A stretch of DNA of 64,000 bases from an uncultured Chitinophaga sp. (GTDB taxonomy: Bacteria; Bacteroidota; Bacteroidia; Chitinophagales; LD1): assembly GCA_964631835.1 (NCBI GenBank), contig CAZWAD010000012.1, positions 29,916-93,915 of the forward strand. The letters are read 5' to 3'. Positions 11,250-18,508 of this stretch are shown piece after piece. Below the pieces are notes generated by a model that was not told where the DNA came from, did no database searches, and worked only from the letters and a program-made list of their open reading frames with translations. Position numbers and translations under genes: made by a program. Within the stretch, counting starts at the first letter, position 1. Every line of letters starts with the position of its first letter.

Positions 11250-11903
11250 TTAATGCTTCACGAAAAAGCGTTGTAAAGTGCGGTTCGCAAAACGGATATT
11301 GCTAAAGTCAACTAGGTTGTAGCCGGTTAAACCGATGCCTCTCGCCCAAATGTATTCCTCGCTGCCCTGAAGGTTAGTGCACCAATCCTCCGGGTACTGA
11401 GTGCGTATTTTTGCTATCCCTTTCAATACTTGACCATCAATAGTCACAGCAGTATCGTTCCAAACCCAGTCGGTCCAAAGCCAGCGGCATTTATATGCCC
11501 GCTGGTTTGATGAATCAGTATTAACCGGCAGCGAAGAATAATCAAACAGAGTACCACCGGATGTGTCCGTCAGCAAACCTTCGGGTGTTATGCGCATGTA
11601 TTCGGTATAGGTATAATTATCCTTTCCTGAAACGCGATGGGTTAAACCATAGAACGTATCATCTTCACCACGGATTATGAATGATTCTACCGAAACCGAG
11701 TCGAAACTAATACCGCTATTACCATTAAAATTATCACGCAACTCATAAACCCAGTAATTGTCAACCTGCAAATAGTTGGTGGGATAATCAGAATATGTAA
11801 CCGGAATATCGGGCGGTAAATCGGGTGGTGGAAGGATTTCTTTTTTGCAGGAAGATAATACCAGAAAAAGCAACAATGCAAAAGGGAAGAGTGCCTTTCT
11901 CAT
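11250..11903 (-). CDS. lipoprotein of unknown function
   Basis: Lipobox-type N-terminus 'LLLFLVLSSCKKE'. Its stop abuts the stop of the convergent 8166-11249 gene. Confidence 0.6.
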   Translation of the reverse strand: MRKALFPFALLLFLVLSSCKKEILPPPDLPPDIPVTYSDYPTNYLQVDNYWVYELRDNFNGNSGISFDSVSVESFIIRGEDDTFYGLTHRVSGKDNYTYTEYMRITPEGLLTDTSGGTLFDYSSLPVNTDSSNQRAYKCRWLWTDWVWNDTAVTIDGQVLKGIAKIRTQYPEDWCTNLQGSEEYIWARGIGLTGYNLVDFSNIRFANRTLQRFFVKH

Positions 11904-11983
11904 AGCTATAGTTTCGGTGATTGAAATTCTACGGCAAGTAAACGCTGGGTTGAGTAATTTATTTTATCGGCTGCTTTACATAA

Positions 11984-12010
11984 ACAAAAAAGCCCCTTAC
12001 GGGGCTTTTA
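11984..12010 (-). terminator. rho-independent terminator after the 12032-12745 gene
   Basis: Stem AGCCCC / GGGGCT with loop TTAC. The A-run on the + strand reads as a T-run after the hairpin on the minus strand. Confidence 0.65.
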
Positions 12011-12031
12011 CACTTTCTTCTTTCCGGTTTT

Positions 12032-12745
12032 TTAAAAGCAAATAATGCTTACCGGCTCGCTCAGCGGGCTTACGCCAGCGGCATTAACCAGGTAGTAATA
12101 AACATAGTAAGTAAAATCATGCTTCAGGCCGGGGAAATGCTTAATGCGCTGCTCGGTAAGGTCGGCCTGCATGCCGGTCATTTGCAGACCGGGAGATGGA
12201 GGAGGCACCGGTGAGTTATCGGGAACAAAAATAAGTTTGCCGCTTTCGCTAAGTGTAACAACCGATGGCAGCGGACCGCTTTCGGTGATAATACATCCGT
12301 AATATTTTACACCTGCAATTTTCGGGCACTCGGTAATTATTTCGAGCAGCGCGCCTCTTTTTACCGTTACTCCTGCAGCAGCCAATGGCCTCACCGATGG
12401 AGTCCTGATTATATCGGTAGGCACATAGCCGCCCAGTGTTATGATATTAGGATTTCCATTCGCCTTCAGGTTCACAAAATTACCCATGGTATCCAGACCT
12501 GTCATCAGTGCATTTTTGGCATCGAGAAAAGGGCCTTTTTGAGCCAGCCCGCCCTGCACATACTCCGCCCGTTTAGTGCCAAACGTGGTAATGAGGGTGT
12601 TGAAAGCTGCTTCGTTCATAGGGAGGTCCGCTACGGTAAAGGGCGGGTCGTTGGTGTAAACTCCGCCTTTTACGCCCAGTGCAAAAGTGTCTAACTGGTC
12701 AATGGGTGTGTCGTGATAACTTACGCTTACATGTGTAATTGCCAT
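12032..12745 (-). CDS. hypothetical protein: helical N-terminal domain plus FN3-like C-terminal domain
   Basis: Long clean ORF. The N-terminus 'IDQLDTFALGVKGG...NEAAFNTLITTFGTKRAEY...KNALMTGLDTMGNFVNLKANGNP' resembles a widespread uncharacterised Bacteroidota family. The C-terminal 'YYVYYYLVNAAGVSPLSEPVSI' is FN3-like. Confidence 0.6.
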   Translation of the reverse strand: MAITHVSVSYHDTPIDQLDTFALGVKGGVYTNDPPFTVADLPMNEAAFNTLITTFGTKRAEYVQGGLAQKGPFLDAKNALMTGLDTMGNFVNLKANGNPNIITLGGYVPTDIIRTPSVRPLAAAGVTVKRGALLEIITECPKIAGVKYYGCIITESGPLPSVVTLSESGKLIFVPDNSPVPPPSPGLQMTGMQADLTEQRIKHFPGLKHDFTYYVYYYLVNAAGVSPLSEPVSIICF

Positions 12746-12763
12746 GGTAATTGGGTTTTATGG

Positions 12764-13129
12764 TTAATAAATGATGAAAAAACATGGATTAGTACTAGCC
12801 GGAAGCCGGTTAGTATTAGTTGACGATGAACTTGTACTGATTACAGGCTGACTAGTACAAGTTGGCTTACAACTAGTATTCCTTGACGGCCGATTAGTAT
12901 TAGCTGACGACCAGTTAATACTGGCTGGCTTGCAACCAGTACTCCCTGGCGGCCGGCTAGTACTGGTTAACCGCCAATTAGTATTAGCTGATGCCCGGCT
13001 TGTATTAGCTGAAAAACAACCAGTACTCCCCGATGCCCGATTAGTACTAGTTGTCAGCCAATTAGTATTCGTTGTTCCCCGGCTGGTATTAGTTGGCTTT
13101 GGGCTTGTATTAACCGGCTTCGTTTTCAT
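12764..13129 (-). CDS. possible Ser/Thr/Asn-rich heptad-repeat protein (121 aa from ATG 13129); coding status uncertain
   Basis: ORF open across the whole 21-bp array. ATG 13129 is preceded by A-rich sequence. The stop lies 18 nt before the next gene's ATG. Product is (x-x-N/S-T-N/S/G-R/W/C-x) x16 with no signal peptide. The frame could be open simply because the unit length is a multiple of 3. Confidence 0.35.
   Translation of the reverse strand: MKTKPVNTSPKPTNTSRGTTNTNWLTTSTNRASGSTGCFSANTSRASANTNWRLTSTSRPPGSTGCKPASINWSSANTNRPSRNTSCKPTCTSQPVISTSSSSTNTNRLPASTNPCFFIIY
12788..13123. repeat. tandem array of 16 x 21-bp units, consensus YTAGTAYTAGYTGRNNNCCRR
   Basis: A hand parse gives exactly 16 contiguous 21-nt units with no indels. 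GTA is invariant in 15/16 units. Five units have a perfect AGTACT core and the others are single-step variants. Confidence 0.95.
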
Positions 13130-13214
13130 TTTTCGCTTTTGAAGGGTTGTTAAAGTGTTTTGGTATAATTGTGTTCTTTGACAACACAACGGTAGGTAAA
13201 ATCAAAATATAGCG

Positions 13215-13239
13215 TTACTACTTTATACAGAAGTAGTAA
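13215..13239. promoter_or_regulatory. perfect 9-bp inverted repeat (TTACTACTT-N7-AAGTAGTAA), candidate operator
   Basis: Located in the divergent intergenic region between the repeat array/ORF and the XRE gene, 46 nt upstream of ATG 13285. Confidence 0.4.
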
Positions 13240-13284
13240 TCCTCACCCGCCTCACTCACTGCCCCTTTCCCGAAATTTTTAATT

Positions 13285-13503
13285 ATGGAACTGACTGAGT
13301 TACAAAAAGCCTTTGGCGACAAGCTGTGCCAGGCCATGCAGGAAAAGAATATGACGCCCTACCGCTTGTGGCAGCTAACGGGCATTTCGCAAGCCCACAT
13401 TGCGGCTATGATGCGCGGTGAGCAGAATGCTTGTTTAGATACCATCCGCAAGTTGTGCGATGCCTTAGACAAGAAGCCGAAGTTTTTCTTCGACTACGAG
13501 TAA
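13285..13503 (+). CDS. XRE-family helix-turn-helix transcriptional regulator (72 aa)
   Basis: 'FGDKLCQAMQEKNMTPYRLWQLTGISQAHIAAMMRGEQNACLDTIRKLCDAL' is a classic Cro/C1-type HTH_3 pattern. Confidence 0.8.
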   Translation: MELTELQKAFGDKLCQAMQEKNMTPYRLWQLTGISQAHIAAMMRGEQNACLDTIRKLCDALDKKPKFFFDYE

Positions 13504-13640
13504 GGTAAGCCGCACCGTTTTTTCAACGGGTTAACGATAGCCGGAAGGTGTCGTGAGGGGAGGGGTGTGTACTGTGGGCAGACAAGAACCCAAATAACTA
13601 CTTGAAGTAAAAAGTAAATTTGAACTCTGAATAACAGATT

Positions 13641-14060
13641 ATGGATAAAAGAGAAAAACCAATACTTCTTATAATTGTTTCCATATTCTTAATTCTTGCC
13701 GCACTATCAGGAATGGGTAGTAGGTACACGATTATCAATAGCGACCAGGTTGGTAGTAAAACATTTCAAGCCTATCTTAACTCATGGAGTTTGCTGGATA
13801 AAATTATTCCGTTTGTTTTAAATCCTTTGCTGATACTCTCATCTTTTTTCATGCTCAAAAGAAAGGCAATAAGCATTAAGCTTTTTTTGGTATATCTTAT
13901 ACTTACCTTATTGGGAACTACCGTACATATCATATCCAGCAAATGGTATGAATATTATGGAATGAAAGGAATTGCAGCTACAGTTGGTAGTTTATCTGTT
14001 ATGATAGCGGTGTACCTTTATCTTCGAAGTCTCAAAAAGAAGGGAATACTGGTAGAATAG
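13641..14060 (+). CDS. small integral membrane protein (about 4 TM), unknown function
   Basis: Four hydrophobic segments. The gene is visibly more AT-rich than the flanking amidase gene. Confidence 0.55.
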   Translation: MDKREKPILLIIVSIFLILAALSGMGSRYTIINSDQVGSKTFQAYLNSWSLLDKIIPFVLNPLLILSSFFMLKRKAISIKLFLVYLILTLLGTTVHIISSKWYEYYGMKGIAATVGSLSVMIAVYLYLRSLKKKGILVE

Positions 14061-14069
14061 CTAATAGCA

Positions 14070-17000
14070 TTACATCTTCACCACCTTCCTCACCAATCCA
14101 AGTCCATCCCTGCTCTCCACCTGCACTAAGTAAACACCCTTGGCAAAGGCGGAGGAGTTGATGACGGATGACCGATGACCGATGACCGATGCAAATACAA
14201 CATTGCCGATAACATCAAACACCTCAACCTCGCCTCCAATGAAGTTCCTTCCAACTTCCAACTTCCAACTCCCAACTCCCATTTCAAAAACCACAAAACT
14301 CAAATCGTGATTCACCTCTGAAACACCGGTAGCGAGGCAGGCCGGGTAACTCACATACACATCCTGCGACTGTGCCGTGCAGAAATTGGAGTCGGCAATA
14401 ATTACATAGTAATACCCCGAAAGAGATGCGGAGTAAAATCGCGAAGTGGCTCCAGAAACCAAAGAGCTGTCTCTGAACCACTGATACGAAACATTCGGAA
14501 CAAAACCCGCTGCCAGTTCGCAGTTGTTGAGTTGCACAACAGGCGCCACCGGTGGCGGGTTGCAGGGGTCAGGCAAAACCGAGCCGTACTGCACCAGCAA
14601 AAAATTTTCACCACCCGTTACATCCATGCTGCACACCCGCGAGGAGGTAGCGGTGTTGGTATCCACCCAGTAAACCACCATCCCATCTCCCGAATGCGGC
14701 AGTGCAGGAGAGAGAATGGTAACACCACTGCATGAGATAATATCCCAGGCCACACACCCGGTGTCGGAAACATCTACAAAAAAAGAATCAATCCCTCCCG
14801 CTGCGCTGACCAGCGCATAATTGGGAGTAATGTGGTAATTGCATGGCAGCGCGGTGTTAACGGTTACATCATCTGTTGCAGTACAACCGTTGGCATCAGT
14901 TACTATAACGGTATATGTAACCGGTGAGGTGATATCCGATACCACCGGGTTAGCCACAGTTGAAAAACTCAAACCCGTTGCCGGTGACCATTGGTAAGAG
15001 TAAGGAGATGTTCCTCCATTCGCTGTTGGGGAGCCACCGATAACCACACTGTTTCCCGGTAAGGTTACTAAGGTTTGGTCGGCTCCCGCTGCTGCCACCG
15101 GGTTAGGATAAACGGTTACTACCACCGGGCTCATTGCACCTACACTTGCATTGCATCCTCCGGGATTGGTAACCGTTACATTATAACTTCCCGGTTGAGT
15201 GACGGTGACAGATTGAGAAGTAGCTCCATTGCTCCAAACATAACTGCTGCCCTGCGTAGCGGTAAGCACCACACTTCCACCGCTGCAAAACGAAATTACT
15301 GAACCGGCAGTAATCTGCACCGAAGGATTAGTTGAGACGGTGGTTTGCTGTGATACGCTTCCGGTACAGCCGCTTTGCGTAACTGTGTAAGTTATCGTAT
15401 GCGTTCCGGTTCCTGCGGAGGATGGTGAAAAAACATTCCCTGAAATGCCGTTGCCTGAGAAAGTCCCACCGGAAGGAGTAGCTGATAAAGTTGCATTACT
15501 GCTCGCCAGGCAATAAGCATTCGACAAATTGCTGATTACCGGCTGCGGAGTTTGGTTCACTGTAACAGTAAACGGGTCTGATGCCGAACTGCCGCAGGCA
15601 TTGGTTGCTGTAACCCGGTAATTGCCCGATGTAGTTACACTGGCTTGGGTTCCGCTGCCACCATTGCTCCAGCTAAAACTGCAACCGGAACATGGATTGG
15701 AAACAGTAAGCGTTGCCGATTGACCGGAGCAAATGCTACTGGTGCCCGTTATTACCGGCTTTACGGGTTGAGTGCACGGAGTAGTTACACAAATAGTAAA
15801 TGTGGTAGTAGTAGCGGGATTTCCTACACCGGTGTAATCGTAAACACGTACCCGGTAAGTATTACCGATAGTTAAACCGGTAGCATGTAAAACTTCTGTT
15901 GAGCCTTCACCGCCTCCTGCATCTTCGCAATTAACTGAAGTGCCGGGACAACCCGTTCGCAAATCAACCACAGCGTCCAAACCTCCTGACGGTACAACGG
16001 TGATGTCATGCGAAGTAGCGGTAGCCACAAAAGTGAACCACACATCGTAAGCGTTGGAGGAAGTATATCCGTCACAGGCAGTGGGAGCGGTGGACTGAGT
16101 AGCTCCGTTTAAGTCACCGGTGGTTACTGCCCCGCAGGTTTGACCGTAAACAGTTAGGCCAATTTCATTTCCGCAATAATCGTTAGGCGGCACTACCGGC
16201 TGAGCATTGCAGTTGCCGGTATTGAAATAAGTAAACCAGGTACTCCAGGGGATATTTCCGGGGCAATCGGTATTAGTGCCGGGCATATCCTGGTGCCCGC
16301 AAATACCGGGTGAAGTCTGATTTTGATTTGTAGGAATATTGTAGAGGTCGCAGAAATGACATGCCATTTGTGCCGATGCCTGCAACATAGCCGTGCTGTT
16401 CCAAAGAGTAGGATTGGCGTTGGTAGCTTCGTGCTCCTGGCCAATGCTGCGGCTATTGTTATACGGATAACCGGATGCACCGCAATGCCATGCCGTATTT
16501 GCCACACCCACTACCTGGTAAATGGTTCCGTTGTTGGCAGTAACAAAATGTGCGCTGGCATTAGCCGAGCAATTCTGAAACCACGATACAGCACCAAGTG
16601 CCGTACCGGTTCCTATCCAGTGATTGACCCAAGTATCAATGGAGTGATTTCTGCCGGTAGTGTAATTGCAGGTGGTAAAGTTGGAAATAGCGGGACCATA
16701 ATCAGCGCTGCGGTTGCCGTTGCCGGGATTAGGACTGGAAGGGAAACGACTGCGGATGTAATCCATGTCAATCATCTTGTTTCTTTCGAGTACAATTTCC
16801 TCGTTCCAAAGTGTAGTGCTCCGCGAGCCATCTCTCATTACACCGTAATACCGGTCAGCCTGAAGTGAGCGCAACTCATCTGAAATCAATCCCGAAAACT
16901 TTTTCACCGCATTGTACCAATCTTCCACCAGGTTCTCATCCAGCAGTGTGATGTCTTCATCAAAATATTTTCTAAGCAAAGCAGCCGCACCGCGAATGTT

Positions 17001-17444
17001 CAGCTGTGCATCTTCTTTTAAATCAGTTTCGCTGACATGAAGCAACTGCGCTGCTTCATTCAGCGTGTTGCAGTAATCATTTTGAACTAAGTGCATGATG
17101 CCCCAGCCGCGGTCAATGGAAGGACCGGTTTGTGTCCAGTTGTTCTCTACCTGACCTATTGCCTTTACTATTTGCAAAGGCACCGAAAATTCTACAGCCG
17201 CCTCGTTAAAATACCTTTCAACCGTCACTACTGCCGGATGCGCCCGGTTAAGATAATATGCCCACTGCTCGTGGTGATGCGCCTGCACGTTAGTATCTAT
17301 GTGCGCAGCAACAATATCCAGTTCGCGGCTTACATCGCGCCTCAGAAATAAATCATCATTAATATAAACCGAATCGGTGTCGGATTGAGCGTATAGGCTG
17401 GAAAGAAGAACTGATGAAAAAAAAGCGATGGATACTTTTTTCAT
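14070..17444 (-). CDS. T9SS-secreted multidomain peptidoglycan hydrolase (SLT-like + N-acetylmuramoyl-L-alanine amidase_2 + PPC-like + Ig-like repeats + CTD)
   Basis: Signal peptide MKKVSIAFFSSVLLSSLYAQ. SLT-like 'IVKAIGQVENNW...GWGIMHL...NIRGAAALLRKY'. Amidase_2/PGRP pattern 'SAHFVT..GTIYQVV...AWHCG...NSRSIGQEHE...GICGHQDM...DCPGN'. Cys-rich Ig-like repeats. C-terminal 'VEVFDVIGNVVF...AKGVYLVQVESRDGLGLVRKVVKM'. Confidence 0.8.
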   Translation of the reverse strand: MKKVSIAFFSSVLLSSLYAQSDTDSVYINDDLFLRRDVSRELDIVAAHIDTNVQAHHHEQWAYYLNRAHPAVVTVERYFNEAAVEFSVPLQIVKAIGQVENNWTQTGPSIDRGWGIMHLVQNDYCNTLNEAAQLLHVSETDLKEDAQLNIRGAAALLRKYFDEDITLLDENLVEDWYNAVKKFSGLISDELRSLQADRYYGVMRDGSRSTTLWNEEIVLERNKMIDMDYIRSRFPSSPNPGNGNRSADYGPAISNFTTCNYTTGRNHSIDTWVNHWIGTGTALGAVSWFQNCSANASAHFVTANNGTIYQVVGVANTAWHCGASGYPYNNSRSIGQEHEATNANPTLWNSTAMLQASAQMACHFCDLYNIPTNQNQTSPGICGHQDMPGTNTDCPGNIPWSTWFTYFNTGNCNAQPVVPPNDYCGNEIGLTVYGQTCGAVTTGDLNGATQSTAPTACDGYTSSNAYDVWFTFVATATSHDITVVPSGGLDAVVDLRTGCPGTSVNCEDAGGGEGSTEVLHATGLTIGNTYRVRVYDYTGVGNPATTTTFTICVTTPCTQPVKPVITGTSSICSGQSATLTVSNPCSGCSFSWSNGGSGTQASVTTSGNYRVTATNACGSSASDPFTVTVNQTPQPVISNLSNAYCLASSNATLSATPSGGTFSGNGISGNVFSPSSAGTGTHTITYTVTQSGCTGSVSQQTTVSTNPSVQITAGSVISFCSGGSVVLTATQGSSYVWSNGATSQSVTVTQPGSYNVTVTNPGGCNASVGAMSPVVVTVYPNPVAAAGADQTLVTLPGNSVVIGGSPTANGGTSPYSYQWSPATGLSFSTVANPVVSDITSPVTYTVIVTDANGCTATDDVTVNTALPCNYHITPNYALVSAAGGIDSFFVDVSDTGCVAWDIISCSGVTILSPALPHSGDGMVVYWVDTNTATSSRVCSMDVTGGENFLLVQYGSVLPDPCNPPPVAPVVQLNNCELAAGFVPNVSYQWFRDSSLVSGATSRFYSASLSGYYYVIIADSNFCTAQSQDVYVSYPACLATGVSEVNHDLSFVVFEMGVGSWKLEVGRNFIGGEVEVFDVIGNVVFASVIGHRSSVINSSAFAKGVYLVQVESRDGLGLVRKVVKM
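14160..14191. repeat. heptanucleotide tandem repeat (GATGACC, about 4.5 copies) inside the CTD-coding part of 14070-17444
   Basis: + strand reads GATGACG GATGACC GATGACC GATGACC GATG. Confidence 0.9.
14249..14280. repeat. heptanucleotide tandem repeat (TTCCAAC x3, TCCCAAC, TCCC) inside the CTD-coding part of 14070-17444
   Basis: + strand reads TTCCAAC TTCCAAC TTCCAAC TCCCAAC TCCC. It encodes 'GVGSWKLEVG' by reading the same unit in all three phases. Confidence 0.9.
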
Positions 17445-17519
17445 GAACGAAAGTTAGTGATGTTGCGCAGAACAGCAACTGCTTCTGTTTCACCAAAAAA
17501 AGACTGTAAAGTTCTGTTT

Positions 17520-18329
17520 TTAAAGAACCCAGGCGTATTCAAACAGCATGGGGCCTCCAAAAAAATCATGCAGCAAAACTCCTGTAAGCAGCAAAAACCT
17601 GCGCGCCAGTAAGTCGGCATGAGCATACAGCACTTGTGCATAGTGAAAACCGGTTTTAATTTGATGAAGATGAGTTTTCCAGATGCAGAAATACTGAAAC
17701 CCCTTTTCAGAAAGGTGGCTGTTTACCTTCGAAAAGTAAGTAAAGTTTTTATTGTATTCATTAAAACTGACCACGCATGTCACCAGGTTGATTGATTTTT
17801 TTTCGAGCATCTCCGTAGCCCCGTTCAGAATTGGAATTTCGTAGCCACCGGTAGCCGAAATTTTCAGAAGGTCAATGGTTTTAATTCCGTTTTCCCTGCA
17901 ATATCCGTCAACTGTCTTTTTGATGATGGTTTCCTTTTCGCCATGTATGTTGTTCATTACTTCCGGATTTAAGGTATTTAGTTCGGATTGGGACGTATGG
18001 TAAAGCGATATTGTTTGCGAGCCTTCTTCTTCGGCTAAGGCATATTGTTCAGCAGTAACATTGCTGATATGCCGGGTGTTTTCTCTCAGTTTCTGGTAGG
18101 TGTTATACACCGGTTCAAACGAGTAAATTTTTGCTCCGCTGAATTTGCGGCTGAAGTGAGTGGTGGAGTTGCCTTCATGAGCGCCCACAATGAAGATAAC
18201 TTTAGGGTCAAGTTTGAGCCGCTGCGTAATGTCATATTGCAGGTCGGCACCCGGAGGTAAAGCTGATTTTTTGACAAAGGTAAACGGCAGTTTCGCCAGG
18301 GCATCTCTTAGTGGGGTAAGCAAGCTCAT
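17520..18329 (-). CDS. FkbM-family methyltransferase
   Basis: 'VIFIVGAHEGNSTTHFSRKF..AKIYSFEPVYNTYQKL' and 'IDLLKISATGGYEIPILNGA' match the FkbM-domain pattern. It lies directly upstream of the muralytic gene on the same strand. Confidence 0.7.
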   Translation of the reverse strand: MSLLTPLRDALAKLPFTFVKKSALPPGADLQYDITQRLKLDPKVIFIVGAHEGNSTTHFSRKFSGAKIYSFEPVYNTYQKLRENTRHISNVTAEQYALAEEEGSQTISLYHTSQSELNTLNPEVMNNIHGEKETIIKKTVDGYCRENGIKTIDLLKISATGGYEIPILNGATEMLEKKSINLVTCVVSFNEYNKNFTYFSKVNSHLSEKGFQYFCIWKTHLHQIKTGFHYAQVLYAHADLLARRFLLLTGVLLHDFFGGPMLFEYAWVL

Positions 18330-18464
18330 GGGATGAAATTTGATTGGTCGGCAAATATAGTCTCCGCGACATGAACCGTACCCTTAGTTATACTGTATCA
18401 ATTGTTGAGAAGTTATGACTCACTTACTTTTTATAAATACAGGCGATAAAGCTCAAATTTTATC

Positions 18465-18472
18465 TACATTTG
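18465..18472 (+). promoter_or_regulatory. Bacteroidota -7 box (TACATTTG)
   Basis: Exact TAnnTTTG match, 37 nt upstream of ATG 18509. Confidence 0.4.
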
Positions 18473-18508
18473 ATAACTCTAAATTCTTTCAGCGCAACCG
18501 GAATTCCC

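Noticed and set aside
12788-13123. CRISPR array or DGR variable/template region as an explanation for the 21-bp repeats
   Set aside because: The units are contiguous with no unique spacers, so this is not CRISPR. No reverse transcriptase, no second (template) copy and no adenine-specific mismatch pattern are visible in the window, so a DGR is unsupported.
12930-13142. 70-aa plus-strand ORF (heptad xxLVLxx) inside the repeat array
   Set aside because: This frame is open only across part of the array, with TAG stops at 12789 and 12795. It has no upstream context. It is most simply a by-product of the 21-bp periodicity.
14284-17351. Nested ORFs within the muralytic gene (e.g. 16323-16868, 16193-16507, 15075-15302)
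   Set aside because: These are shadow ORFs in a GC-richer, repeat-containing CDS. Their translations are Arg/Ser/Cys-rich nonsense with no start context.
17441-17641. 66-aa minus-strand ORF bridging the FkbM and muralytic genes
   Set aside because: It overlaps the FkbM 3' end in another frame and its translation is Cys-rich nonsense.
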